From Cyanobacteria bacterium P01_D01_bin.156 (GTDB taxonomy: Bacteria; Cyanobacteriota; Cyanobacteriia; Phormidesmidales; Phormidesmidaceae): a DNA stretch of 23,499 bases. Each line of letters starts with the position of its first letter. The stretch's first letter is position 1. The stretch covers positions 1-23,499 of the forward strand of contig JBCCQQ010000080.1 of assembly GCA_039024555.1 (NCBI GenBank), in the 5' to 3' direction. The notes under the pieces are model-generated. The model was not told where the DNA came from, searched no databases, and saw only the letters and a program-made list of their open reading frames with translations. The position numbers and the translations under genes were made by a program. Below, piece by piece: positions 1 to 8,946 of the stretch.

Positions 1-177
1 CGTTTGGTTGGTCTACAACCGAATAAAGATTTGGCCTATGTGAACAAACTGCTGGCAACGGGCCAGTTGAAACCGATAATCGATGGTCCCTATCCTCTGA
101 ATGAGGTGCCCAGGCTAATTCAGTATTTTGGTGCAGGCCAGCATCAAGGCAAGGTCGTGATTGCCCATAAATCTTGA
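1..177 (+). CDS. 3' end of an MDR-family (zinc-binding ADH / quinone oxidoreductase-like) NAD(P)-dependent oxidoreductase, partial at window edge
   Basis: Own translation of frame 1: RLVGLQPNKDLAYVNKLLATGQLKPIIDGPYPLNEVPRLIQYFGAGQHQGKVVIAHKS*. The 'G.LKPIID..YPL.E......Y...G...GKVVI' tail is typical of MDR C-termini. TGA at 175-177. Confidence 0.8.
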   Translation, partial: RLVGLQPNKDLAYVNKLLATGQLKPIIDGPYPLNEVPRLIQYFGAGQHQGKVVIAHKS

Positions 178-197
178 ACTGGAGCACGTTTTTATTT

Positions 198-244
198 AAT
201 CCCCACATGCAATCCCCACATGTGGGGACTACGGCTCCCCACGT
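198..244. promoter_or_regulatory. Candidate operator: perfect 16-bp palindrome TCCCCACATGTGGGGA plus repeated TCCCCAC half-sites
   Basis: Palindrome at 213-228. AATCCCCACATG is repeated at 198-209 and 211-222, with a further TCCCCAC at 236-242. Intergenic, upstream of the ATG at 298. Confidence 0.55.
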
Positions 245-297
245 CTATTTGTACTTTTGAGTTGTTAAGGCCAGTAGAGAAAGCGATCGCAACTCCC

Positions 298-552
298 ATG
301 AGCCAACTCTACCGTTCCGCTGAAAATCACCCCCAGTACGAAATTTGTGTCAAGGGACATCTGGCTTCCCATTGGAGTGACTGGTTTGAGGGGTTTGCGA
401 TCGCACTCAAAGACAACGGTGAAACGCTGTTGTCTGGCCCGGTGGTGGATCAGGCCGCACTCTACGGCGTGCTGATCAAAGTGCGCGATTTAGGGTTACC
501 GCTGATTTCAGTTATGCCGGTTCAACCAAAAGATAGTAACAAAGGAGAATGA
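298..552 (+). CDS. Small conserved hypothetical protein (YEI.VKGHL...WSDWF.G / DQAAL.G.L..VRDLGL.L.SV type, possibly ACT-like fold)
   Basis: ORF 220..552; the ATG at 298 is preferred because the upstream part overlaps the palindrome. Recognisable conserved motif. Confidence 0.75.
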   Translation: MSQLYRSAENHPQYEICVKGHLASHWSDWFEGFAIALKDNGETLLSGPVVDQAALYGVLIKVRDLGLPLISVMPVQPKDSNKGE

Positions 553-1004
553 CCATGAATACACAGACCATGAATGTCCAGAAACAAATGCTGGCAATAT
601 CCATGAAAGCCAAGCTCTCTACCCTGTGGATATTTTTTCTCTTCAACCTCATTTTTCGAGATATTCATGAATTTGTCGAGCCCGGATTCATTGAAGAGAT
701 TATGACCGGTACATCCAATGGCAACCCCATAACAGAACAGATGCTGTTGTTGGGCGGTGTGATGATCGAAGTGCCAATTGCTATGGTTCTGCTCTCTCGG
801 CTATTGCCCTATGGAATCAATCGTTGGGCCAACATCATTGTCGCGGTGCTTTACGGCGCTCTGACCCTTTTCTTTGGTACCACCGATCTAGATGATACCT
901 TCCATCTGATTATGGAGATTGCCGCACTATCCCTGGTTATTTGGTTGGCATGGCGGTGGCGTAACCCATCTCCAAAACGGCATGCCATGGGTCAAGAAGC
1001 ATAA
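549..1004 (+). CDS. DUF6326-like 4-TM membrane protein
   Basis: KAKLSTLWIFFLFNLIFRDIHEF and 'LL...NRWANII' motifs; AAGGAG RBS directly upstream; ATGA overlap with the previous gene. Confidence 0.75.
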   Translation: MTMNTQTMNVQKQMLAISMKAKLSTLWIFFLFNLIFRDIHEFVEPGFIEEIMTGTSNGNPITEQMLLLGGVMIEVPIAMVLLSRLLPYGINRWANIIVAVLYGALTLFFGTTDLDDTFHLIMEIAALSLVIWLAWRWRNPSPKRHAMGQEA

Positions 1005-1044
1005 ACGATGCAAACTGTTGTTAATGTGCTAGGAGGAATGATGT

Positions 1045-1428
1045 GTGATTTACGATGATTTAATCCGTCAGATCCTACTAGCAGTTACGGGTTGTATTTT
1101 CAGCTTTTTCGCGCTTTGGGCGGCAGTTCAACCAATGTCCCTCACACCTGTATTGGGATACGAACTGAAATCAAAGAATGCCATCAGTGAGTTTCATGCA
1201 ATCTATGTGGGTGTTTTCCTCGCCCAAGCATTGTTGTGTGTCCTAGCCTTTACTCGCGTCGAAGATGCCATGATCGGAAATTTAGTCGCTATCTTTTTGT
1301 TGGCTCAACCTTTGGGTAGAGTGATTGCCACATTTAGAGGCGGTTTCCCTTCAGGCTTTCTTCTGACGCTATTTGTTATGGAGATTGCTGGAGGCGTAAT
1401 CGTTCTTTCAGTTCAACCTAGCCTCTAA
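1045..1428 (+). CDS. Small 4-TM membrane protein (DUF4345-like)
   Basis: GTG start 8 nt after AGGAGG; hydrophobic segments; 'SEFHAIYVG', 'GR' and 'E' motifs. Confidence 0.65.
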   Translation: MIYDDLIRQILLAVTGCIFSFFALWAAVQPMSLTPVLGYELKSKNAISEFHAIYVGVFLAQALLCVLAFTRVEDAMIGNLVAIFLLAQPLGRVIATFRGGFPSGFLLTLFVMEIAGGVIVLSVQPSL

Positions 1429-1466
1429 AAATGAAGAAACAGTTTGGTTAAATCAAGGAGAATGTA

Positions 1467-2111
1467 ATGAACACGTCAGCTCAATTTTGGAACAAAGTCG
1501 CAGATGGTTATTCAAGACAACCAATTGCGGATGAAGCCGCCTACCAGAAAAAACTACAGATCACGCGGGAGTATTTTCAGGCCAGTATGAGAGTACTGGA
1601 GTTCGGCTGCGGAACCGGATCAACAGCTATTGCCCATGCCCCCTACGTGCAACATATCCAAGCCATTGATTTCTCATCAAACATGATTGAGATTGCCCAA
1701 GCGAAAGCTGAGGCTCAGAGCATCCAAAATGTCACCTTTGAGCCAGCCAGTGTTGACGACCTGAGTGTCCACGACGGCACCTACGATGCGGTGTTGGGAT
1801 TAAATGTTTTACACCTACTCGAAAATAAAGAAGCGGTCATCGCCAAGGTCTATGAAATGCTACAACCGGGTGGAGTTTTCATCACCAGTACAATATGTCT
1901 GGGGGATACGATGGCTTGGTTCAATCTGGTTGCACCCATTGGTAAATTCTTAGGACTTTTTCCGTTAGTTAAAGTCTTTACAATAAAAGACTTAGAGAAA
2001 AGTTTGACTGATGCAGGGTTTGCGATTGATTATCAATGGCAAGCGGGTGATTACAAATCACCCATCGGTAATGCGAAAAGTGTGTTCATTGTGGCGAAGA
2101 AGACTAAATAG
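1467..2111 (+). CDS. Class I SAM-dependent methyltransferase
   Basis: VLEFGCGTG motif I, IDFS motif II, YDAVL, LQPGG; AAGGAG RBS. Confidence 0.92.
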   Translation: MNTSAQFWNKVADGYSRQPIADEAAYQKKLQITREYFQASMRVLEFGCGTGSTAIAHAPYVQHIQAIDFSSNMIEIAQAKAEAQSIQNVTFEPASVDDLSVHDGTYDAVLGLNVLHLLENKEAVIAKVYEMLQPGGVFITSTICLGDTMAWFNLVAPIGKFLGLFPLVKVFTIKDLEKSLTDAGFAIDYQWQAGDYKSPIGNAKSVFIVAKKTK

Positions 2112-2130
2112 AGTTGAAGGTTGAAGACCG

Positions 2131-2661
2131 ATGAAAAAAGTAGCTGTATTTGGTAACACGGGTGGCGGCAAGTCCACCCTTAGCCGACGACTCGCCGAAA
2201 TAACCGGTCTGCCTTGGGTGCCGCTGGATTTGCTGCAGTATCAGCCCGGTGGCGAGGAAGTTCCCCATACGGAGTTCAAAGCGAAGCATGATGCGTTACT
2301 GGAACAAGATCAGTGGATTGTGGATGGCTTTGGTTCCATGGATACCCTATGGCCCCGTTTAGCTGCTGCCGACACCCTGGTCTATCTTGATATGCCCGTG
2401 CTGCAACATTACTGGTGGGTGACCAAGCGCTTTCTCCAAGGGGCCTGGGTACCCCCCGCCGGTTGGCCAGACAATAGCTCAATCTTAAAAGGCACACTGA
2501 AAAGCTATTCTGTTGTCCGGCTATGTCACACCAAACTGACGCCCAGGTATCGAGACTATGTGGAAACGGCTAAGGCTACAAAGCAAGTTTTTCATTTGCG
2601 ATCGCGCCAAGACATCATCCAGTTCTACCAGACCATCGCAGCCGCCCAAAAGCCTGCTTAA
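2131..2661 (+). CDS. P-loop adenylate-kinase-like protein (FlaR / topology-modulation-protein family)
   Basis: Walker A GNTGGGKST, WIVDG and ADTLVYLD are typical of this family. Confidence 0.85.
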   Translation: MKKVAVFGNTGGGKSTLSRRLAEITGLPWVPLDLLQYQPGGEEVPHTEFKAKHDALLEQDQWIVDGFGSMDTLWPRLAAADTLVYLDMPVLQHYWWVTKRFLQGAWVPPAGWPDNSSILKGTLKSYSVVRLCHTKLTPRYRDYVETAKATKQVFHLRSRQDIIQFYQTIAAAQKPA

Positions 2662-2667
2662 ACCACC

Positions 2668-3306
2668 ATGACTATGACGCTGGATCACGTCTTTATACTG
2701 GTTGAACCGGAAGCGAAGGTAGCCAATCGGCTACTTGAACACGGCTTTCGCGAAGGACCGAGAAACACCCATCCAGGCCAAGGCACAGCCAACCGTCGGT
2801 TTTACTTTGCCAATGGCATGCTGGAGTTTATCTGGGTACAAGATGCCGATGAAGCCAGAAATGGACCGGGGCGAAGCCTGCACTTTTCTGAGCGAGCTGA
2901 AGATCTCACCGCCTCTCCGTTCGGTGTCATTTTTGTGTCCTGCGACAATGCCAGCCCCGACATGCCCTTCCCTGGCTGGCATTACCAACCCGCCTACTTT
3001 CCACCCCCTAGAGGTTTCCATGTGGGCGCAAATTCCCACACGATTGGTGAACCGCTCTGCTTCTATTTCCCATTCCAGGATCCGGGAGTGCCTAAACCCC
3101 AGCCTGAGCGTAACCCTCAGACGGTCAGTGAGGTGATTATTTCTACGCCCTCGGATACTACAGGGGTATTAAAGCTAGCGTCAAAAGCGGATCGCCTTTC
3201 AATCCGATCCGGCCAGGAACATCTCATGGAAATCACATTGAATCACCATGAGTCCGGGCACACAGAAGATTATCGTCCTGCCCTGCCGCTAATCCTGCGC
3301 TGGTAG
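2668..3306 (+). CDS. VOC / glyoxalase-like domain protein
   Basis: LDHVFI...GF..G..HPGQGTANRRFYF.NG.LEFIW is a Glyoxalase_3-type N-terminus. Confidence 0.8.
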   Translation: MTMTLDHVFILVEPEAKVANRLLEHGFREGPRNTHPGQGTANRRFYFANGMLEFIWVQDADEARNGPGRSLHFSERAEDLTASPFGVIFVSCDNASPDMPFPGWHYQPAYFPPPRGFHVGANSHTIGEPLCFYFPFQDPGVPKPQPERNPQTVSEVIISTPSDTTGVLKLASKADRLSIRSGQEHLMEITLNHHESGHTEDYRPALPLILRW

Positions 3307-3375
3307 GCGTCACCCCTTTCTCTCCAATGAATTGAATCCAAAAAGCGTATCGCCCTCTGTCATCAGAGGGGCAAC

Positions 3376-4083
3376 TTGATCATGCAATTAAACTCAACAA
3401 TCCCAACATTAAACCGCTGGCAAACTCCTCCTAGTATCGCTACCCTGCAATCTCTCTACGATACATCCGCCGACCAATGGCACGACAACTTGACTCGGCT
3501 AGGGCAACTCCATGAGTATCAGCTGTTATTCAAAAGTCAGGCAGTGCGTCACCGTTTGAATCATCTTGACCACACATCTAAAATTCTTGACTGTGGTGTG
3601 GGCACAGGAGCCTTTAGTCTTGCGCTTTTAGACAGTATCGATCAGTCAGTACATGTCTCTGGAGTCGATATTTCCCACACCATGTTGACCCACGCGCAAC
3701 AGAATCTAGAACATCGTTGCAAGACCCTAGATTTGAGGCGGGGGAATATTGAGCACCTGCCCTTTGCCAATGAATCTTTTGATGCGGTCATCTTTGCCCA
3801 TGTTTTGGAGCACATGGTCAACCCCGTAGAAACGTTGCAGGAGATGGTGCGAGTTTTGAAACCAGGTGCCCCGCTAATTGGCTCAGTGACTCGCAAAGGA
3901 CTGGGGCAGGCGCTCATGTCTCTGCGCTGGCAACATCGAGGATACATCTCTAACCAGCTGGACTCTTTTTTGCAAGCCGCAGGACTTGAAGCTGTGAGAT
4001 CCTTTGACTATGGCATTGGTTGGTCAAAACGGATGTGCATCGCCACAATCGGTGTGAAACCCGAGATAGAGACTCAAGCATGA
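3376..4083 (+). CDS. Class I SAM-dependent methyltransferase (UbiE / Methyltransf_11-like)
   Basis: ILDCGVGTG, GVDIS, LPFANESFDAV, EMVRVLKPG. Start may be TTG 3376 or ATG 3382. Confidence 0.9.
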   Translation: MIMQLNSTIPTLNRWQTPPSIATLQSLYDTSADQWHDNLTRLGQLHEYQLLFKSQAVRHRLNHLDHTSKILDCGVGTGAFSLALLDSIDQSVHVSGVDISHTMLTHAQQNLEHRCKTLDLRRGNIEHLPFANESFDAVIFAHVLEHMVNPVETLQEMVRVLKPGAPLIGSVTRKGLGQALMSLRWQHRGYISNQLDSFLQAAGLEAVRSFDYGIGWSKRMCIATIGVKPEIETQA

Positions 4084-4142
4084 TCCAATCTAGAAGTCTA
4101 TGCTTGAGTAACCGCTTAGTGAAAACGTTTGGAGCGTTTTCT

Positions 4143-4646
4143 TCAAAGCTGAAAGAGTATCACCATCAAGAGAACCGATGTCAGGCTTGCCAACACTGTA
4201 CGGCTTACGTTCCAATAGTTCCAACGGGGTTCAAACTGTAGACGTGCGGTTTTGAGTGCCACTTCACCCATGGCATCAACGTTTAACATTTGAAGTTTGT
4301 TATTCAACGGTACATTGACGGTAAAGGTGGAGAGTTGGACGCCAAGGATATATAGCAGGGGCGTTAAGAACAGCAACAGACGCAGGTTGCCATCCAGTTG
4401 CCCAAAGCCCAGACCTGTGGCAACTATTAGAGCTACGATTGAGCCAATCCAGGTTGCGACAAATAGCGGCTGATTATTTTGGATAACACCGTCAATCACT
4501 TGAAAGGCTCGGATAAAGTCACGATCGTTTAATGTTTTGATGCCTGGCATGACGATGGTGGCAAAGGCAAACAGGAAGCCTGCTATTAGGGAACATAACA
4601 AGGTTGCTGTGATGAGAACAATTTGAAAAGTTGTTTCAGTGGCCAT
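4143..4646 (-). CDS. DUF1772 / anthrone-oxygenase-like membrane protein
   Basis: AG..FAFA..VMPG, F..FQ.ID, T..VNVPLNN.L and FE.RWN.WN..R motifs. Confidence 0.85.
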   Translation of the reverse strand: MATETTFQIVLITATLLCSLIAGFLFAFATIVMPGIKTLNDRDFIRAFQVIDGVIQNNQPLFVATWIGSIVALIVATGLGFGQLDGNLRLLLFLTPLLYILGVQLSTFTVNVPLNNKLQMLNVDAMGEVALKTARLQFEPRWNYWNVSRTVLASLTSVLLMVILFQL

Positions 4647-4763
4647 GGTTCACGTTCCTTAATTTGAGACGTTAGCAGTGGAGGGTACAAAGTATTGGGT
4701 CACTCTGCAAAGTTAGAGGTGCATATGAAAAAAAAATCCCTAACAGGATTCTGTTAAGCAATC

Positions 4764-4868
4764 TCCTCCCCTTGAGAAGGGGAGGTGCCGTAGGCGGAGG
4801 GGTATTCGATCGTTAGTGCAAGTGTTACAGACCCCTCCCTGACGGTTTCCCTTGCCAAGGGGAACTAG
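4764..4868. repeat. REPIN/MITE-like palindromic element, copy 1
   Basis: Two inward-facing units, each a CCCTT-N3-AAGGGG hairpin with a GGAGGGG tail, around a ~30-bp spacer. Arms closely match the reverse complement of 17891-17993. Confidence 0.8.
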
Positions 4869-4986
4869 GTATCGCCAAGCCCTACAGCGGTTTTTATTCT
4901 CGTGCATGCGGTCTTAGGGAGAGAACTGGTGATAGAACATGCTACTCAGCCGGTTCCCTGCGGTGTTGCCTTTCAAAAGCGAGCAT

Positions 4987-5616
4987 TTAGTAGGACAAAC
5001 TGGGTGCCTTATGTAGAGATGATTGATCCGAGAGTTGCTTGAGGATAAAGTCCGCGACATCTGCACGAGAAATCTGAAGAGTGATGCTGCGGTCGGTGCT
5101 GGGGAAGTTGTGGCGATAGCTGCCTGTACGCGGTCCATCGATAAAGGCGCTGGGTCGTACGATGGTCCAGTCTAAGTTGCTGTTGCGAACCAGGGCTTCC
5201 TGCCGTTCGTGGTCGGCAAAGACATGGCGCAAGATAAAGCCAAACATAACGTACTTCCAGTAAAAATCTAGGTTGCTCCAGCTGTCGCCCGTACCCAGGG
5301 TTGACTGGCAAATCAGTCGGCGCACTCCGACTTTTTCCATGGCTTGGATTATCCGTTGGGTACCCTCTGAGCGAATGGTGCTCTTTAACTGTTTACCGGA
5401 ACCCAGTACACAAATCACCGCATCCTGTCCACGAATAGCCTGTTCTACCGCCGAAGCATCCATTACATCCCCCTGGGCGAAGCTAAGTTGAGAATGTTGG
5501 ATATCGAGCTTGGTTCGATTGCGGACAAAGGCGGTGACGGTGTGTCCCTGTTCTAACGCTTGCTGAACCACATGAGCGCCAACGGTTCCGGTTGCACCAA
5601 AGATTACGAGTTTCAT
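4987..5616 (-). CDS. NAD(P)H-binding atypical SDR (flavin reductase / biliverdin reductase B-like)
   Basis: MKLVIFGATGTVG Rossmann motif, DWTIVRP, ISRADVA. Start reassigned to ATG 5616 (GAGGA RBS) rather than 5811. Confidence 0.9.
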   Translation of the reverse strand: MKLVIFGATGTVGAHVVQQALEQGHTVTAFVRNRTKLDIQHSQLSFAQGDVMDASAVEQAIRGQDAVICVLGSGKQLKSTIRSEGTQRIIQAMEKVGVRRLICQSTLGTGDSWSNLDFYWKYVMFGFILRHVFADHERQEALVRNSNLDWTIVRPSAFIDGPRTGSYRHNFPSTDRSITLQISRADVADFILKQLSDQSSLHKAPSLSY

Positions 5617-5677
5617 GGATTGATTCCTCAGTGAAGACATCCTTACTCTATGGAGAGTGGCCTGTTGATGCTTGCCA

Positions 5678-5706
5678 TTTCTTGCGGGGTTGTCACTTTC
5701 TTGCGG
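5678..5706 (-). promoter_or_regulatory. Candidate AraC-family binding site (tandem direct repeat TTTCTTGCGG)
   Basis: Identical 10-mers at 5678-5687 and 5697-5706, upstream of a minus-strand TAGAGT -10-like hexamer (5645-5650) for the SDR gene. Divergent AraC gene adjacent. Confidence 0.45.
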
Positions 5707-5889
5707 TGACTTGTGGGATCTGAATGTAGCGCTTAGAATTTGGGGAAACCACGTCCAAGTTAAAACCTGTAGCTTTCCCACCGGAAAAACTACTGTTCTG
5801 GACGTGGCCAAGGTTTACCTCGATGCGCGCAGGAAAGTCTGGACTGCGCGTGCCGTTGAAATTTCGCCATCAGCAATTGACTGCGGCCT

Positions 5890-6765
5890 ATGGTGCTTGC
5901 TCAATCCCAGCCAGCTGATTCATTCCCTGAGGATTCGCATTCAAGCGAAGCAAATTTAGTCCTGGCAACAGAGACGGTTCAGATTGAACTGCTTCGATTT
6001 CCCCCAGGAGAAGCGGACTTTCATGCTGCAGCGGCCCACACGTTGTTCATGAATCTAACGTCGCGCCCCCAGGCTTATGTACAGAGGCAGGATGGGAAAA
6101 CCCATACTGCACTGTATCGCCGTGGCGATATGTTGATTACCCCTGCCAATACACCGTTATTTGTGCGGTGGGAGGGGGATGAAAATTGCCTGCAGATTCA
6201 GCTGCCAGAAGCATTTCTAAAGCAGGTTGCTGAGGAAACCCTGGGAAAGAATAGCGATCGCATGACCTTGGTACCCACATTTCAAAGCCGCCAGCAGCAG
6301 CTTGAATCGATTTCTACGCTGCTATTGGCGGAGGTACGCCAACCCAACGGCAGATTGTATTTAGACTCGTTGGCAAATGTGCTGGCGGTGCAGCTGTTGC
6401 GCAACTATGGGACAACCTCCACCCAGCTGCCCACCTATGAAGGCGGGTTACCGACGTATCAGCTCAATCGGGTATTAGACTACATCGATGCTGGTTTGGC
6501 CGGGGAAATCAAGCTGGCGGATCTAGCCGGATTACTAAATATGAGCCCGTTCCATTTTGGGCGCATGTTCAAGCAGTCCATGGGAATTTCGCCCCATCAG
6601 TACGTGATTCAACAACGATTAGAACGGGCTAAACATCTACTGAAACACAGCAATCAAACCATCATTGAGATTGCCTTTGAGTGCGGATTCAATAGCCACA
6701 GTCACCTCAGTAAACAATTTCGCAAAGTTATCGGAGTAACGCCCAAAACCTTTAGGGGTTCATAA
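5890..6765 (+). CDS. AraC-family transcriptional regulator
   Basis: C-terminal double HTH: LADLAGLLNMSPFHFGRMFK...PHQY...RLERAKHLL...IAFECGFNSHSHLSKQFRKVIGVTP. Confidence 0.95.
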   Translation: MVLAQSQPADSFPEDSHSSEANLVLATETVQIELLRFPPGEADFHAAAAHTLFMNLTSRPQAYVQRQDGKTHTALYRRGDMLITPANTPLFVRWEGDENCLQIQLPEAFLKQVAEETLGKNSDRMTLVPTFQSRQQQLESISTLLLAEVRQPNGRLYLDSLANVLAVQLLRNYGTTSTQLPTYEGGLPTYQLNRVLDYIDAGLAGEIKLADLAGLLNMSPFHFGRMFKQSMGISPHQYVIQQRLERAKHLLKHSNQTIIEIAFECGFNSHSHLSKQFRKVIGVTPKTFRGS

Positions 6766-6790
6766 GACTGATGGCCCTGCTAATTTGCCG

Positions 6791-8125
6791 CTACTTAAGC
6801 AAATCCAGGACTTCCTGAGCTTCTCCTTGACGTCCTTGTTGCCTCAGGAGAGCTGCTAGCCGACGATACGTGGACTCTATTTCAGCTGTGTAGGCTTCTT
6901 GTAGCGCAGGCTCCAGTGCTTGATTACTCGTGCGAATCTTTTCGTAAATATCAACCGCCTCCCGGTAAGCAGCGATAGCACGCTCATCTTCTTGCTGATG
7001 ATCATAAAGAACACCAATATTGAGCAGGATTGTGGCTTCTTCTGCGCGATTTCCAAACTCACGGATGATCGCTAAGCTTTGCTCGTAATAATCCAGCGCT
7101 GCTGGATAGTCGCCTAATGAATCATAGAGAACACCAATGTTGGCCAAGGTGGAGGCTTCTCCCACGCGATCACCCAGCTCTCGTCTAATAGCTAAGCCTT
7201 GCTCATAGTAATCCAACGCTTCTGGATAGTCGCCTAACAATTGATAAGTATTGCCAATATTACTCAGGGTTTTGGCTGTCCTTTCACGAGCACCCAACTC
7301 ACGGGTGAGGGCTAAGCTTTGTTCTTGGTAATTCAGCGCCTGAGGATAGTCGCCTAACAACTGATAGATAGTACCGATGTTGCTCAGGGTGGTAGCTTCA
7401 CCCGCACGATTACCCAGCGCACGGGTGAGGTCTAAGCTTTGCTCAGAGTAGTCCAACGCTTCTGGATAGTCGCCTAACAACCGATAGATAGTGCCGATGT
7501 TGCCCAAGGCACTTGCTTCTCCCGCACGATTACCTAGCTCACGGGTGAGGTCTAAGCTTTGCTCAGAGTAGTCCAGTGCTTCTGAATACTCCCCTAACAA
7601 CCGATAGATAATGCCGATGTTATCCAAGACTTTGGCTACTTTCGCTCGGTCGTTCAGTTCGCGGGTAAGGGCTAAGCTTTGCTCAGAGTAGTCCAGTGCT
7701 TCCGAATACTCCCCTAACAACCAATAGATAACGCCGAGATTGGCTAGGGCAGCAGCTTCTCCTCCGCGATCACCCAGCTCACGGGTTAAAACTAAGCTTT
7801 GCTCGTAATAATCCAGCCCTTCTGGATAGTCTCCTAACAGCTGATAAATAACGCCGATGTTGCCCAAGGTAGAGGCTTCTCCGAAGCGATTACCCGCCTG
7901 ACGATATAACGCTAATGCTCGTTGCCAATGATCTAGTGCCTGCTGCCATTGACTGACCTGATACAGCTCAGTTCCTTCATCCAATAGTCGATCCGCTTCA
8001 CGATTCGGATCTGATTGTGCAAAAACAACACTTGGCCTTGCCCCTTCCAATGTCGCGCCCCCCACAGCGCCCAATAGTAATGTCATGATAAGGGGAGCAG
8101 AGGTAAGGCGACGAAAAGGAGACAT
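6791..8125 (-). CDS. Tetratricopeptide-repeat protein with N-terminal signal peptide
   Basis: About nine 40-aa repeats (A.TL.NIG..Y..LGDY.EALDY.EQSL.L.RELG.R); hydrophobic N-terminus ending VFA-Q. Confidence 0.93.
   Translation of the reverse strand: MSPFRRLTSAPLIMTLLLGAVGGATLEGARPSVVFAQSDPNREADRLLDEGTELYQVSQWQQALDHWQRALALYRQAGNRFGEASTLGNIGVIYQLLGDYPEGLDYYEQSLVLTRELGDRGGEAAALANLGVIYWLLGEYSEALDYSEQSLALTRELNDRAKVAKVLDNIGIIYRLLGEYSEALDYSEQSLDLTRELGNRAGEASALGNIGTIYRLLGDYPEALDYSEQSLDLTRALGNRAGEATTLSNIGTIYQLLGDYPQALNYQEQSLALTRELGARERTAKTLSNIGNTYQLLGDYPEALDYYEQGLAIRRELGDRVGEASTLANIGVLYDSLGDYPAALDYYEQSLAIIREFGNRAEEATILLNIGVLYDHQQEDERAIAAYREAVDIYEKIRTSNQALEPALQEAYTAEIESTYRRLAALLRQQGRQGEAQEVLDLLK
7030..7900 (-). 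repeat. 120-bp tandem coding repeats (TPR units)
   Basis: CTAAGC(T/C)TT recurs every 120 bp (7072, 7192, 7312, 7432, 7552, 7672, 7792). 7421-7455 and 7541-7575 are identical. Confidence 0.9.
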
Positions 8126-8270
8126 ACTAAACCAAGTTTTTTTTAGTCTATAAAGTTTTTTCGATAAAATCTACATCGCCATGCCTGAAAAGCCCAGCAT
8201 CTAAGAATACCGTCAACTATCTAGTCTTCTCTCTTCTTATAGATGGTTAGATTAACCAACTTAACCTTCT

Positions 8271-8855
8271 CTAGTTTTGCATCGTCAGCCCCTTCACGTA
8301 GCTCCTTAACACCGATTGCTGCTGCCCATGGCTTAGGGATTTTGCTTGGATTAAGGTATCTAGACTGATGCCATTGACTAACGCTAACAGGATATTGGCT
8401 TCTTGCTCTGGATCAATGTGGGGGCCAATATCGCCCTGATTTTGCAGCATGACTAACTCTTGAATAATCATTTGCCGCAGTTCCCCAGCGCTTTGCTGAT
8501 GGTCGGCCATCAGGTCTGCCCGACCAACGGCATAGCCTAAGAAGGCCACCCACACCCGCAGAATTTCTTGCCGTTCTTGATCAATTGGCAAAAAGGATGA
8601 CAGCATCGCCACTAGGCGATCGCAACCTGACCGATTAGCCACCCCCTGCTCCATCAATACCTGCAACCGTTCCGTCACCTGATGCAGGGCAAACAAAATT
8701 AGCTCCTGCTTATTGCGGAAATAGTGGGTAACCACCCCGGTGGTACAGCTCATCTCCTGGGCAATGGCACGCATACTGGTGCGGTCCAGCCCTTCCCGGA
8801 CAATCACCCGCCAGGCCGCTTCTGAAACTTCAATCCGTCGATCGCTTTGAACCAT
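8271..8855 (-). CDS. TetR/AcrR-family regulator (BetI-like C-terminal domain)
   Basis: AAWRVIVREGLDRTSMRAIAQEMSCTTGVVTHYFRNKQEL HTH; W..F and L.ALVNG in the C-domain. Confidence 0.93.
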   Translation of the reverse strand: MVQSDRRIEVSEAAWRVIVREGLDRTSMRAIAQEMSCTTGVVTHYFRNKQELILFALHQVTERLQVLMEQGVANRSGCDRLVAMLSSFLPIDQERQEILRVWVAFLGYAVGRADLMADHQQSAGELRQMIIQELVMLQNQGDIGPHIDPEQEANILLALVNGISLDTLIQAKSLSHGQQQSVLRSYVKGLTMQN

Positions 8856-8884
8856 AGGGATTTACGAAAGTTTATTCCACCGTG

Positions 8885-8935
8885 TTGACAATCTATCATA
8901 ACAGTTGTTATGTTTATCGCATAACAACTGTTATG
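8885..8935 (+). promoter_or_regulatory. Sigma70-type promoter with twin palindromic TetR operators
   Basis: TTGACA 8885-8890, TGn-TATGTT at 8906-8914. Operators CATAACAGTTGTTATG (8897-8912) and CATAACAACTGTTATG (8920-8935) are exact reverse complements. Lies between divergent TetR and target. Confidence 0.85.
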
Positions 8936-8946
8936 AGGTTTTAGCA

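Noticed and set aside
220..297. Longer start for the first small ORF
   Set aside because: The ATG lies inside the palindrome and has no RBS; the conserved part begins after 298.
2104..5491. Shadow ORFs (2104-2289, 2276-2497, 2731-3039, 2735-3136, 3642-3947, 4020-4241, 4914-5138, 5009-5311, 5273-5491)
   Set aside because: They overlap well-supported genes in other frames or strands and show no recognisable motifs.
5617..5811. 65-aa N-terminal extension of the SDR ORF
   Set aside because: The Rossmann motif starts at M66 with its own RBS; the extension covers the divergent promoter region.
7030..7900. Regularly spaced repeats as a CRISPR array
   Set aside because: Exact 120-bp in-frame period with homologous intervening sequence; these are TPR codons, and no cas genes are present.
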